From the human T2T-CHM13v2.0 reference genome, Homo sapiens, in NCBI RefSeq assembly GCF_009914755.1, contig NC_060934.1: a stretch of DNA of 64,000 nt. The stretch is one strand, 5' to 3'. The position numbers and the translations under genes are program-made. This document shows, in pieces, positions 16,272 to 40,867 of this stretch (positions are counted from its first letter, which is position 1; the number at the start of each line of letters is the position of its first letter). The notes beneath the pieces are model-generated. The model made no database searches and was not told the origin of the DNA. It worked only from the letters and a program-made list of their open reading frames with translations.

Positions 16272-16713
16272 GTATGATTGAAATTTATTTATTACTTCTT
16301 AGAGTTAAGAATACATTTTTTGTTTGCTGACATTGTATTCACTGAAATCTATACTTTTAACATTTTTTTCTTTAGAATAGAAAGAGTAATATACTCTTCA
16401 GTGAGAAAGTTTTTCTGATTTTTAGGTGAGAAGATTGTTTGAAGACATATTTATTACTAATTATCCTATGTCTCATATATAATTAATACTCAATTTGGCG
16501 GAACAAATTTCCCGGAACATGGTGCCTAAGCTGTGCCATAAAAGCTATAATAGGACAGGCATGGGGGCTCACACCTGTAATCCCAGCACTTTGGGAGGCC
16601 AAGGCAGGTGATCATTTGAGGTCGAGAGTTCCAAGTCCAGCCTTGCCAACATGGTGAAACCCCATTTCTACTAAAAATACAAAAATTAGCCAGGCGGTAG
16701 TGGCGCGTGCCTA

Positions 16714-16878
<165 letters not shown>

Positions 16879-16882
16879 CTAA

Positions 16883-17370
<488 letters not shown>

Positions 17371-17648
17371 TAAATGTTTCATAGGCACGGGGTCTCATTC
17401 TGTTGCCCAGGCTGGTCTTGAACTACTGAGTTCAAGAAATCTGCCCACATCACCTTCCCAAAATGCAGGGATTATAGGCGTGAGCTACATACGTGTTCTA
17501 AATATATTCTTTAGAAAACTAATCTGGGGCTGGGTGTGCTGGCTCATGCCTGTAATCTCAGCACTTTGGGAGGTCAAGGCGGGTGGATCACCTGAGGTCA
17601 GGGGTTCAAGTCCAGCCTGGTCAACATGGTGAAACCCCATCTCTACTA

Positions 17649-17816
<168 letters not shown>

Positions 17817-18624
17817 CTAATTTGGGCATTTTGTTTAACAAAGACTATCATAATGCAAAAGAGTACATATAGAGTTTAAAGGCTAATAGTAATAAACACC
17901 CATATACCTTTCGCCTAAGTTTTATAAGACAGACTTTGTTAACCATGCGGTGACATTTAAAATACAGTAGATGCTCTGACCGTAGACATCAACGATCAAA
18001 TACCTCAAAAGTGCCTCTGAATACCTTACCTGTTCTTTTCTAGGTAGATTTGTGGCTTTTTAAAAAATTATATTTTTCTGATATAGAAAATTATAAGAGT
18101 TCTTTTTGTTTTTTTTTTTACAGTTTGTGTCTCTGGCAATTACTTTTATTTACGGTATCTTTTGTTTGCCTCTACATTTTCTTCTCTCTACCATATCAGT
18201 TTTTAATATTGTTTAATGAAAAAGTTGAAAAGATCAAAAAGTTGATAGTGCAGTGAACACCTGTGTATCCATCAACTTTGATTCAATAATTGTTAATATT
18301 TGTCTTGTTTTGTTTTTGTAACCCAGTTTAACATATGAATTCTTCAGTTTGCCTAAGGAAAAAACATGCTCTGAAATAACCACAATTCCATAATCACACC
18401 TAAGAAAATAAGGTCGTAATAGCATCTATTATTACTATGTAATATCTCCTCTTATTTGCTTTAATATAGTAACTCATTAGCAGTGACATAATATTCATAC
18501 AGCAGTGTTTATCTTCATTACTTGCTTTACTTAATGAAGACTTAAGCCCTTTTTACAGCCCCATTTTCTCTCCCCTGTACGCCCAGTATTATTTTATTGC
18601 TGCTTTAGTTGAATCATTAAATAG

Positions 18625-19232
<608 letters not shown>

Positions 19233-19309
19233 TGATTTACCCGCCTCAGCCTCCCAAAGTGCTGGGTTTATAGGCATGAGCCACTGACCCCAGCCCAGCC
19301 TTAGTTTGT

Positions 19310-21905
<2,596 letters not shown>

Positions 21906-22039
21906 ATAGTTGTTTTTTGTTTGTTTCCCTGGAGTTTCCAATTGCTGCTTGCTTCTGTTTTACCACTTTTTTTCATATTTTATATCTCATGATCCTGTTA
22001 AGTTTCCTGGAGACTACTCTTTTTTTGTTTGTTTTTTGA

Positions 22040-22174
<135 letters not shown>

Positions 22175-23675
22175 TAATTTTTTTGTTTTTTTATTAGAGA
22201 TGGGGTTTCATCATATTGGCCAGGCTGGTTTTGAACTTCTGACCTTGTGATCCGCCTGCCTCGGCCTCTCAGAGTGCTGGGATTACAGGCGTGAGCCACT
22301 GTGCCTGGCTGAGACTACACTTCTTAGAATACAAAAGCAGAATTATAACATGAAAATACAGTATCAGTAAATGTATTAAATGGTGTTGAATTTTGTTAGT
22401 AATTAGGAGAGCAGATAACAATAAGATACTTTTTTTTTTTTTGAGACAGAGTTTTGCTCTGTCGCCCAGCCTGGAGTGTCGTCGCGTGATCTCGGCTCAC
22501 TACAACCCCTGTCTCCCAGGTTCAAGCGATTCTCGTGCCCTCAGCTTCCTAAGTAGCTTAGATTACAGACATGCACCACCATGCCCGGTTAATTTTTGTA
22601 TTTTTAGTAGAGACAGGGTTTCACCATGTTGGCCAGGCTGGTCTCGAACTCCCGACCTCAGGTGATCCGCCCACCTCAGCCTCCCAAAGTGCCGGGATTA
22701 CAGGCGTGAGCCACCACGTCCGGCCTATCTTTTTCTTATCAAGTTAATGAAAATTAAATTTTTAAATGAAAGGTAACACAGTTTAACAAGGGTAAAAGGA
22801 GTTACACTTTCATCACTCTTCTTTGGGACTATACATTGTTATACCTTTTCTGAACAGAAATTTGGAAATGTGAATTAGCCATATCCTTTAAAATATCAAC
22901 ATGAGTGATCATTCCATAATTTATTATAAAACAAAACTATGGAATCAATCTGAATAGGAATAGAGAATTATTAAATTGTACTTTGGTAATATAGTCATGC
23001 AGTTAAAATTCTGTGCACCCATTGAAGAAAACTTGGAGAAGTGTAGTGACATGGAAAAAGATTTTTAAAGGGTTTTTGTAGATAGCATGTTCTATAAATA
23101 AATTTAGTGTTGATAAGTGTGTATATATGGGGAAAAAATAGGACATGATCACTACTCTCATTTTGTGTGGTGGGATTGATTTATTTTCTGTGATGAATAA
23201 ATACTACTTGAATATTTCAAAAGTTATTTCAAAAATACAAGTTTCGGATGAGACAGTTTTGAAAGTGACACCTCTCAATATAAATACCCAAATAATGTGG
23301 ATTATATTGTGAGTATTTTTCAATCATCAAAAATAAGTAAATGACTAGGTTCCAAGGAGAAGTTCCCTCTCATTCTTTCTTTTTCAAGACAGTCTTATTC
23401 TGTTGCCCAGGCTGGGCAGTAGCACGCTCGTGGCTCACTGCTGCATTGAACTCCTGGCTCATGTGATTCTCTCACTTTAGTTCCCTGAGTAGCTAGGACT
23501 ACAGGTGTGCACCACCACACCTGGCTAATTTTTAAATTTTTTATAGAGATGTGGTCTCACTATGATGCCCAAGCTGATCTCAAACTCCTGGCCTTAAGCC
23601 ATCTTCCTGCTTCCCTCCCAAAGCGATGTGATGACAGGTATGAACCACCACACCCAGCCATTAGAACATTTGCTT

Positions 23676-29090
<5,415 letters not shown>

Positions 29091-29302
29091 AAGGTTTTCT
29101 CTTTATGTTTTTGTTGTTGTTGTTTAAAAGACAGGGTCTTGATCTGTCACCCAGACTGGAGTGCAGTGGTATAGTCATAGCTCACTACACCCTCGAACGC
29201 CTGGCCCTCCTGAGTAGCTGGGATAACAGTCATGTGCCACTGTGCCCACTTGAAAGTATGTGTATTAATGACTTTTTTGCCACTGTTATATTTATTTTAC
29301 AG

Positions 29303-29385
29303 ATAGGGATGAGGAAGAAATGACCAAACGAGATGACAAAAGAGATATCAACAGATACTGCAAGGAGAGGCCCTCTAAAGATAAG
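29303..29385 (+). CDS. CCAR1: CCAR1 exon (about 20): (D)RDEEEMTKRDDKRDINRYCKERPSKDK
   Basis: ttacag| acceptor, AAG|gtgttt donor, 83 nt, phase 1-0. Confidence 0.94.
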
Positions 29386-29712
29386 GTGTTTATTGAATAC
29401 TGTATTCTTTATAATATGGTGATATCTTACATCATCTAAACATAACACAGTTGTGAAGTTTATTAGTCCTTATACATCTTTATTACCACTAAGTAAAATT
29501 CTGTCAGTTGTTTTTTTGTGGCTATGTCAGATAACTAGTATGTCTGATTCTTTTCTCTCATATTCGTATACCAGATAAACTCATTTTAGCTAGGATGAGG
29601 CAAATATCTTATTAGATTATTGCTATCTTATGCACAGTCTCCGTTTCTCACTTTTTGGGGGTAAAAAATTTGAAATTTGAATACTATGTTTTCTACTTCT
29701 CCATTTTCTTAG

Positions 29713-29859
29713 GAAAAAGAAAAGACTCAAATGATCACAATTAACAGAGATCTGTTAATGGCTTTTGTTTATTTTGATCAAAGTCATTGTGGTTACCTTC
29801 TTGAAAAGGATTTGGAAGAAATACTTTATACTCTTGGACTACATCTTTCTCGGGCTCAG
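29713..29859 (+). CDS. CCAR1: CCAR1 exon (about 21): EKEKTQMITINRDLLMAFVYFDQSHCGYLLEKDLEEILYTLGLHLSRAQ, EF-hand-like
   Basis: tcttag| acceptor, CAG|gtaatc donor, 147 nt, phase 0-0; degenerate EF-hand pattern FxxFDxxxxGYL. Confidence 0.96.
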
Positions 29860-29926
29860 GTAATCTATCTTGTGAATATTTAAAAGGAAAACATTTTTTA
29901 AAAGTTACCTTTCCAGTGAAAAGTTA

Positions 29927-30329
<403 letters not shown>

Positions 30330-30793
30330 TTAGGACTACAATATATAAAATTCTAGATCTTTTTGTAAGCAGCTCAGTTCCATTTTTATAAACAAAACGT
30401 GGAATTATTCTGTACGTTTTGACTGGCTTTTTTTTTTTCATTCCACAGTATTCTATAGATACATTCACCATGAAAATAGAGACCTGCCTCATTCTTTTTA
30501 TAGCTGCACAGTACCCATTATACAGATGTACCATAATTTACCTACCTAGTCTCCATTGCTGGTGGTTTTCATTTATTGGATTTACCAACTATGCTGTAAT
30601 AAATCATCCCTGTGCATAAATTTTTATCAATGTTATACTTTTTAACAATGAAGTTTTTTTTTTCAAAAGTAACTTGGATCTTACTCAATTCCATGGATTT
30701 CCATCATAAGTGAAAATTACAGCTGGGCATAGTGGCTCACACCTGTAATCCCAGCACTTTGGGAGGCGGAGGAGGGTGGATCACCTGAGGTCA

Positions 30794-31000
<207 letters not shown>

Positions 31001-31093
31001 TCAAAAGAAAGTGAAAATTATATCATAGTTTTTCTAAGAGAATCAAGAAATGTATTTTCATCTCTGTATTTTGTTTACTTGCATGCATAACAG

Positions 31094-31214
31094 GTAAAGA
31101 AGCTTCTTAATAAAGTAGTGCTCCGTGAATCTTGCTTTTACCGGAAATTAACAGACACCTCAAAAGATGAAGAGAACCATGAAGAGTCTGAGTCATTGCA
31201 GGAAGATATGCTAG
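31094..31214 (+). CDS. CCAR1: CCAR1 exon (about 22): VKKLLNKVVLRESCFYRKLTDTSKDEENHEESESLQEDML
   Basis: taacag| acceptor, TAG|gtctga donor, 121 nt, phase 0-1. Confidence 0.94.
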
Positions 31215-31309
31215 GTCTGAGTAATATTAAGATTTTGCTTTTTAATAAATATACTAGTAATTAAAGAAGAAAAATAACTTACTAAAATATGGTATATTTT
31301 ATATTATAG

Positions 31310-31495
31310 GAAACAGATTATTACTTCCAACACCAACAGTAAAGCAGGAATCAAAGGATGTGGAAGAAAATGTTGGCCTCATTGTGTACAATGGTGCAAT
31401 GGTAGATGTAGGAAGCCTCTTGCAAAAATTGGAAAAGAGCGAAAAAGTAAGAGCTGAGGTAGAACAGAAGCTGCAGTTACTAGAAGAAAAAACAG
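31310..31495 (+). CDS. CCAR1: CCAR1 exon (about 23): (G)NRLLLPTPTVKQESKDVEENVGLIVYNGAMVDVGSLLQKLEKSEKVRAEVEQKLQLLEEKT
   Basis: ttatag| acceptor, CAG|gtaagg donor, 186 nt, phase 1-1. Confidence 0.95.
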
Positions 31496-32065
31496 GTAAG
31501 GGTCAGCTTTGAATATGTTAATACTTTCAGCACCCTGCTGGGACACGTATATGTTTATGTGTGTACATACATATATACGTACCTGTGTACACATTTGCAT
31601 ATGCATACCAGATATTTTCATCGAAGTACATAAGGAACTTTTTAAAATTTTTTATTATTTATTTGTTTTTAAGACAGGGTCTCACTCCGTTACCCAAGTG
31701 GAGTGCAGTGGCACAATCTCAACTTACTGCAACCACTGCCTCCCGGATCCAAGTGATTCTCCCACCTCAGTCTCCCAAGTAGCTGGGATTACAGGCATGC
31801 GCCACCATGCCCAGCTATTTTTTGTATTTTTAGTAGAAATGGGGTTTCACCATGTTGGCCAGGATGGTCTCAAACTCCTGACCTCAAGGGATCACCCACT
31901 TTGGCCTCCTATAGTGTTGGGATTACAGGCAGGAGCCACCATGCTCTGCAGGGACCTTTACTTTTCACTATTTCTGGTTCAGGTTATAAAATTGCTTAGC
32001 TTTATCTGAATCTTAGGTCTTCCTGTGTATTCTCAGGTTCATTGTTACCTGTTGCATCCTTTTAA

Positions 32066-32356
<291 letters not shown>

Positions 32357-32876
32357 TGAGCCACTGCGCCTGGCCTCCACTTAGTTTTTACCAGTCTGTG
32401 TTCTCTAATCTATACAGTCATCTAAAAATAGAACATAGGTTTTGAAATAATACAAGTTAAAAATTTAAATGAAACAGGCCAGGCATGGTGGCTCCCGCCT
32501 GTAATCCCAGCACTTTGGGAGGCCGAGGCAGGCAGATTGTTTGAGGTCAGGAGTTCGAGACCAGCCTGACCAACATGGTGAAACCCCGTCTCTAAAAATA
32601 CAAAAATTAGCTGGGTGTGGTGGTACGCGCCTGTAATCCCAGCCAAGATCGTGCCACTTCGCTCAAGCTGGCGCAACAGAGTGAGACTCAGTCTCAAAAG
32701 TAAATACATAAATAAATGAATATTGCAGTGTGCTTTATGACTAATGAAATTGACAGACATTGCCATTTTATGGAATTCTATCAGCTTTTTATTTTCACAG
32801 CTTAAATATTTTAACCTCAAAGTTAAATTTGAAATTTTAGGAAGTAAAATGTTAATTTTTGGATTTTTTTAAACAG

Positions 32877-33082
32877 ATGAAGATGAAAAAACCATATTAA
32901 ATTTGGAGAATTCCAACAAAAGCCTCTCTGGTGAACTCAGAGAAGTTAAAAAGGACCTTAGTCAGTTACAAGAAAACTTAAAGATTTCGGAAAACATGAA
33001 TTTACAATTTGAAAACCAAATGAATAAGACAATCAGAAACTTATCTACGGTAATGGATGAAATCCACACTGTTCTCAAGAAG
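32877..33082 (+). CDS. CCAR1: CCAR1 exon (about 24): C-terminal coiled coil (D)EDEKTILNLENSNKSLSGELREVKKDLSQLQENLK...IHTVLKK
   Basis: aaacag| acceptor, AAG|gtgaga donor, 206 nt, phase 1-0; ORF 32903..33115. Confidence 0.96.
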
Positions 33083-33177
33083 GTGAGAAATTTTGTACTT
33101 TTAACATTTTCTTAGTTTTAAAAATCTAACTCTGGTGTTTTTAATGTATTTTAATGTTATTAAGCTCTTAGTGATTA

Positions 33178-33489
<312 letters not shown>

Positions 33490-33893
33490 CTAGCCTGGGC
33501 AACAGAACTAGACCCCATCTTAAAAAAAAAAAAAAAAGTGATTCCCAAAAGATGTTGTTTTTCTAAATCTTAGTTGGAATGTCAACATGATTTAAGTATA
33601 CAGACTTCTTGAAGCAAATTTCATTTTTATTTCTTTTTAATCCAGAGTATAAATTTGAATTAAACCATTCACTTCACTTCTCTGTGTTTTTTTTGTTTTG
33701 TTTTGTCTTTTTGAGACAGGGTCTTGCACTTTTGCCCAGGCTGGTTTGTTAGTGGCGCTATCTTGGCTCACTGCAGCCTCTGCCTCCTAGGCTCACGTGA
33801 TCCTCCCACCTCAGCCTCCTGATGAGCTGGGACTACAGGTGTGCTCCAGCACACCCAGCTAATTTTTATATTTTTTTTAGAGACAGGGTTTCA

Positions 33894-34047
33894 GACCGGG
33901 CGCGGTGGCTCATGCCTGTAATCTCAGCACTTTCGGAGGCCAAGGTGGGCGGATCACGAAGTCAGGAGATTGAGACCACAGTAAAACCCCGTCTCTACTA
34001 AAAATATAAAAAAACTGCGAGACTCTGTCTCAAAAAAAAAAAAAAAA
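33894..34047 (+). mobile_element. Internally deleted AluYd-like element nested in an antisense Alu
   Basis: GAGACCACAGTAAAACCCC shows the 12-bp left-arm deletion; 16-bp TSD tagagac(a/g)gggtttca at 33878 and 34048. Confidence 0.7.
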
Positions 34048-34373
34048 TAGAGACGGGGTTTCACCATCTTTCCCAGGCTGGTCTCCAACTCCTGGGCTAA
34101 GCAGCCCACCTATCTTGGCCTCTCAGAGTGCTGAGATTACAGTCATGAGCCACCACACCTGCCCCATTCACTGCATTTTTAGACCCCATTTATTCTTGGG
34201 CAGAATTGAGGTAAATGCTTCGTCACCATTAATTTTAAGATACTAAAATTAATTTATTGTTCTTTATCACTAGAAAAAAGTATACCAAACTGAATACCAT
34301 TGTACTCTAAAATCAAAGTAACATTTAAGATAATCTAATAAAATGTATTTTTTCCTTCTCTATTGTCTTATAG

Positions 34374-34433
34374 GATAATGTAAAGAATGAAGACAAAGAT
34401 CAAAAATCCAAGGAGAATGGTGCCAGTGTATGA
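34374..34433 (+). CDS. CCAR1: CCAR1 terminal exon, coding part: DNVKNEDKDQKSKENGASV-stop (TGA immediately followed by TAA)
   Basis: Polypyrimidine tract plus ttatag| acceptor; 19 codons then TGA at 34431-34433. Confidence 0.96.
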   Translation, partial: DNVKNEDKDQKSKENGASV

Positions 34434-34730
34434 TAAAATCCATGTAGTGATGAGGAATGGTGTTAAATAATGTAATATATAAAAATCATGATATAAGAAT
34501 GTTTGAAGGTGATGCATGTTTGATTTTAGTAGTATAAATGTATTTTAGTTCAAATGATGTATAAAGTTTTATGAATGTGAGTTTCTGCTTTTGAAAATTG
34601 CTTGTAATTCCTAGCCTTCAAATTATTAAACACTCCTTGAGTGAAATAATTTTGCATTGCAAAGTGTTTTAGGATGAACTTTGTTATAGTTTTAACTCCA
34701 ATAAAGTTCATCAGTTTAATTGACTGTAGT
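34434..34730 (+). other. CCAR1: CCAR1 3'UTR (proximal form; end approximate)
   Basis: Non-repetitive AU-rich sequence between the stop and the AATAAA. Confidence 0.8.
34700..34705 (+). terminator. Polyadenylation signal AATAAA (variant ATTAAA at 34625 and 34753; possible distal AATAAA at 35598)
   Basis: Canonical hexamer ~270 nt after the stop with T-rich downstream sequence. Confidence 0.75.
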
Positions 34731-34942
34731 ATTTAATTACCAAATTTCTTTTATTAAAATGCCTAGAAATTTTTAATTTATAGAATTATTAGGTTTTAAA
34801 ATTTTTAGTTCATCTGTTAAAATTTCAGTCAAAATCATAAAATAGCATGATGCTTAATTTTTGCAAGTTTTTTGAAACTTTTTGTTTTTTTTACTCATCA
34901 CCAAAAAATCCCCTCTTGATCAGTCTCTAAAAGCATTCATTA

Positions 34943-35236
<294 letters not shown>

Positions 35237-35618
35237 TCAAAAAGAAAAAAAAAAAAAATCAGTTTATTTGAAAGACAGTATATCAGAAAGAAAGAAGCAA
35301 TAGAGAACTAGTATTGTTCTTTATGGGTTAGACTTTACATAATATTAGTTGTCCTGATGTCAATGTTACTGCTTTCAATTAATTTTTCTACTTTCCCAGA
35401 ATAGCATCTATATTCCTTTTAATTTTGAGGGTTTAAAAAAAAATGCAGTGTATGTCAAATTTACAGTTTAGTACCAAGCCAGTAGATGTCAGTATGATGC
35501 CTTAAATTAAGTCTTCTTTAATTAAAGATATTTTTTTAAATTAACCTGTGTACTTCCTTCAGAATTTTAGTGGATACATGAGGTGACTTAACTGTAGAAT
35601 AAAAACGGTAGTAAATAT

Positions 35619-35833
35619 GAGTGGTTCTCAACAGAGGGTGAATTTATCCCTTAGAGGACATTTGGCAGTGTCTAATGAGGTTTTTTTGGTGTCACAACTG
35701 GGTGGGTGCTGCTGGCATCTAGTTGGTAGAGGCCAAAGATATCACTAAACATCCTTTGTTGCAGAGGATAGCCCTCTACAACAAGGAATTATCCAGCCAA
35801 AAATGTCAATAGTGTCCAGTTTCAGAAACCCTG
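35619..35833 (+). mobile_element. MER20 (hAT-Charlie), full length
   Basis: AGTGGTTCTCAAC...GGACATTTGGCA...CTGGCATCTAGT...AAAATGTCAATAGTG...AGAAACCCTG follows the MER20 consensus end to end. Confidence 0.9.
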
Positions 35834-35855
35834 CTCTAAAGGAATGTAAAGTTAA

Positions 35856-36289
<434 letters not shown>

Positions 36290-37163
36290 TAGAATAATGG
36301 CTAGGTGTTCCAAATAGATGAATATGAAAATGTAAAGTGCCATTTATATGTGACTTACGCTAAATGGAATTCACATGGCTATTACTAAAAAATGGATTAT
36401 AATACCTCAAATTCTTTTAGACCAATTTTTGTCTTAAGTTACTGTTGGTGGTCATATGGCTTGTTAACCTTCTCCAAAACCAGATTAGAGATTGATCTAT
36501 AATTATTACATAATTATGATATAAATATTTCCTTCATCTTTAAGGTGAGATGAAACAGTTGTTGAAAATGGTTTTTTTCCTTCTTTCTTTTTTTTTGAGA
36601 TAAAGTGTCTGTTTCCCAGCCTGGAGTGCAGTGGTGCCATCTAGGCTCACTGCAATCTTTACCTCCCGAGTTCAAACAATTCTGGTGCCTCAGCGTCCTG
36701 AGTAGCTGGGATTACAGGCATGCACCACCACACCGGCCAAGTTTTTTGTATTTTTAGTAGAGATGGGGTTTTGCCATGTTGGCCAGGCTGGTCTTGAAAC
36801 TCCTAGCCTCAAGTGGTCTACCCAGCATGGCCTCCCAAAATGTTGGGGTTACAGGCGTGAGCTACCGTGCCTGGCCCACAAAGTGTTTTTTTTTTTCAAG
36901 GGACAATCTTGAAGATAAACTTTTAACTAAAAGACAGTGATGATAGTAAAAGACAGTAATGATAGAGTTCCTTGAAAAGAGTATATTGTTAATAAGAAAC
37001 ATTATATAAAGTACATTTGTGAGACTTTTTTTCCTCCAGATAAATTTAAATCAGAATAAAATTGGGATGACAGAGAAAAAGACTGAACCTTTCAATCACA
37101 TTGTTACTTAGGGGTAAATTTCTTATAAAATAATATCTTTGGAAGTACAAATTGAGATGACTA

Positions 37164-37647
<484 letters not shown>

Positions 37648-38203
37648 CTAGAATTGTCAAAAAATATTACAGTGGTTACTGTATGTTTTGTTAGGGATTT
37701 ACGTGATACTGAAGGGCTTTCAGAGCACTCTGACGTTAACATACATAGAGTAGAATGGACACTCCTTCCCTACTTCTTTTGATGAAGCCTCTTGATAGCA
37801 CGGCATGCCCTTTATTTTTAATCAGTCATTTGCAGTCCACAAGTTAACACTGACGTGGCTTTGAATTTTTTTGTGGGTCTGAGATAATCTGAGGTTGTTT
37901 TCATTGTCAGAAATTATGTAAGTTTTCTCCTAGTGATGTGACATCCTATAGATTGTGAATCAAAGCAGGCATCATCACATACCAGAAGCATGTAGAGATT
38001 TTAGGCAAAGGACTGAAATGTACACAGTAGCCTAGGTGCGGTGGCTTACGCCTGTAATCCGAACACTTTAGGAGGCCAAGGCGGGCGGATCATGAGGTTA
38101 GGAGTTCGAGACCAGCTTGGCCAATATGATGAAACACCGTCTCTACTAATAATACAAAAATTAGCCGGGCATGGTGGTGCGCACCTGTAGTCCCAGCTAC
38201 TCA

Positions 38204-38338
<135 letters not shown>

Positions 38339-38445
38339 TTAGAGGCACCATAAAAGGTGCTTTGTAAGGTACAGCACATTTCCTTGTTTGACTGCAATGC
38401 AGCTGCTGTGCTATGGGTTATGGAAGGAAATTTTGCCCACTTTAA

Positions 38446-38583
<138 letters not shown>

Positions 38584-38958
38584 TGAGTAGCTGGGATTAC
38601 AGGCGCTCACCACCACGCCCAGCTAATTTGGTATTTTTAGTAGAGATGGGGTTTCATCATGTTGGCCAGGCTGCTCGCGAGCTCCTGAACTCAGGTGATC
38701 CACTCACCTCTGCCTCCCAAAGTGCGGGAATTACAGGTATGAGCCACTGCGCCTGACCTCTTCCCACTAATTTTATGTTCAGATTATTTTGGAGTTAAAA
38801 ATATTGTGTAAGAACACAAATTATTTTTGTTAAATGAGGCTTAGTGAAATGGTGAGAATTTTTCAGGATTCAATATTAATATAGTTTACTGCCGTATTTA
38901 ATATTTTTGTTTTTTATAAAAGAGCTCCAAATTTGTGAGTGATTTACTCTTGTTTTAA

Positions 38959-39090
<132 letters not shown>

Positions 39091-39629
39091 TGAGTAGCTG
39101 GGATTACAGGTGCATGCCACCATGCCTAGCTAATTGTTTTTGTATTTTAGTAGAGACAGGGTTTCACCATGTTGCCCAGGCTGGTCTCAAACTCTCTGAG
39201 CTCAGGTGATTCACCCACCTAGGACTCCCCAACTGCTAGAATTATAGTCATGAGCCACTGCACCTGGCCCATGCCTAATTTTTCTATTTTTGGTAGAGAC
39301 GGGGTTTCCCCTTATTGCCCAGGCTACTGGAACTCCTGAGCTCAAGCAGTCTGCCTGCCTCAGCCTCCCAAAGTGCACAGATTATAGGTGTGAGCCATTG
39401 CACCCAGCCTCTATTTTATCTTTTATTCATAGGATGGGTGGGCCAGGCACAGTGGCTGAGGCGCTACTCTGGATGCTGAGGCAGGAGGATCACTGCATCT
39501 CAGGAGGTGGAGGCTGCAGTGAGCTGTCAGGGTCTCGCTCTGTTGCCTGAGCTAGAGTGCAGTGGCACAATCATGGCTCATGGCAGGCTTGACCTAGATC
39601 TAGTGATCCTTCCACCTCTGTCTCCCAAT

Positions 39630-39752
39630 ATGTAGCCAATAACTTACTGTCTAAACTGGGAACCTTTAGAGAGAAAAGAAAGGTGCCAGGAATAACTACG
39701 TCATAACACGAGATATAACCAGGAGGCAAACTGGAACATAGAGTTACTGCCT
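39630..39752 (+). mobile_element. MER94-like hAT element
   Basis: tgtctaaactgggaacctttagagagaaaag...ggcaaactggaacata resembles the MER94 consensus as I recall it. Confidence 0.5.
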
Positions 39753-39983
39753 ATTTATCATTCATCTTGTGGATAATATTGACCTGCGTTTGGTGTTCAC
39801 TAGTTAAAAAATGAGCCTCAGGCTTACACATGAATGAAGATTAAGTTTAGAGTCCCAGAGTACTTTTGACATAAATTATGCACTTGGTTTTTCTTGTGTG
39901 TATAGAGGGGTGGAGTACTACTTAAGTACTGAGTCAGCTCCTTATTAATGGTGGTCTGAATGTGATCATTATGCCTAATCTAA

Positions 39984-40115
39984 TGCAGGTTCTCAAACAA
40001 GTATGTGTCTGAATCACCAGGTCTGGGTTAGGGCCTAAGAATTTGCATTCCTAACAAGTTCCCACGTGCTGCTGCTGCTATTGCTGGTCTAAGCAAACCC
40101 ACTTGGAGAACCTCC
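39984..40115. mobile_element. MER5A-type hAT-Charlie element with internal deletion
   Basis: ggttctcaaa...gaatcacc...gggcctaagaatttgcattcctaacaagttccca...gctgctggtc...ttggagaacc. Confidence 0.75.
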
Positions 40116-40606
40116 TAACTAAGGTGTTCTAATTAGGGAAAACTTAGAGCAGTTTTCCCTAGTTAATACGTGATTTTTTTAAATAGAGAAGAGTAAATGG
40201 CCTTGGAGACACTACCTGAACCATTAGAGCTTTTTCTTCAGGGATAGATAATCCGGCATTGGGCTGGGCATGGTGGCTTACACCTGTAATCCCAGCACTT
40301 TGGGAGGCCAAGGAGCAGAATGCTTGAGTCCAGGAGTTCAAGCCCAGCCTGGGCAGCATGGTGAAACCCCGTCTTTACAAAAAATGCAAAAATTATCCAG
40401 GCGTGGTGGCAAGTGCCTGTAGTCCCAGCTACTCAGGAAGCTGAGCTGGCAAGATCGCTTGATGCTTGAGCCTGGGCAGCTGAGGCTGTGGTGAGCCATG
40501 ATCATGCCACCATACTCCAGCCTGGGCAACAAGGACCCTGTTTCAAAAAAAAAAAAAAAACTACATTGGATAAGCCATAATTGACACTGAAATACTTATT
40601 AAATGA

Positions 40607-40867
<261 letters not shown>

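Noticed and set aside
35700-35735. MER20-derived CTCF site
   Set aside because: The core reads CAACTAGATGCCAG on the minus strand, with two mismatches to the CTCF core
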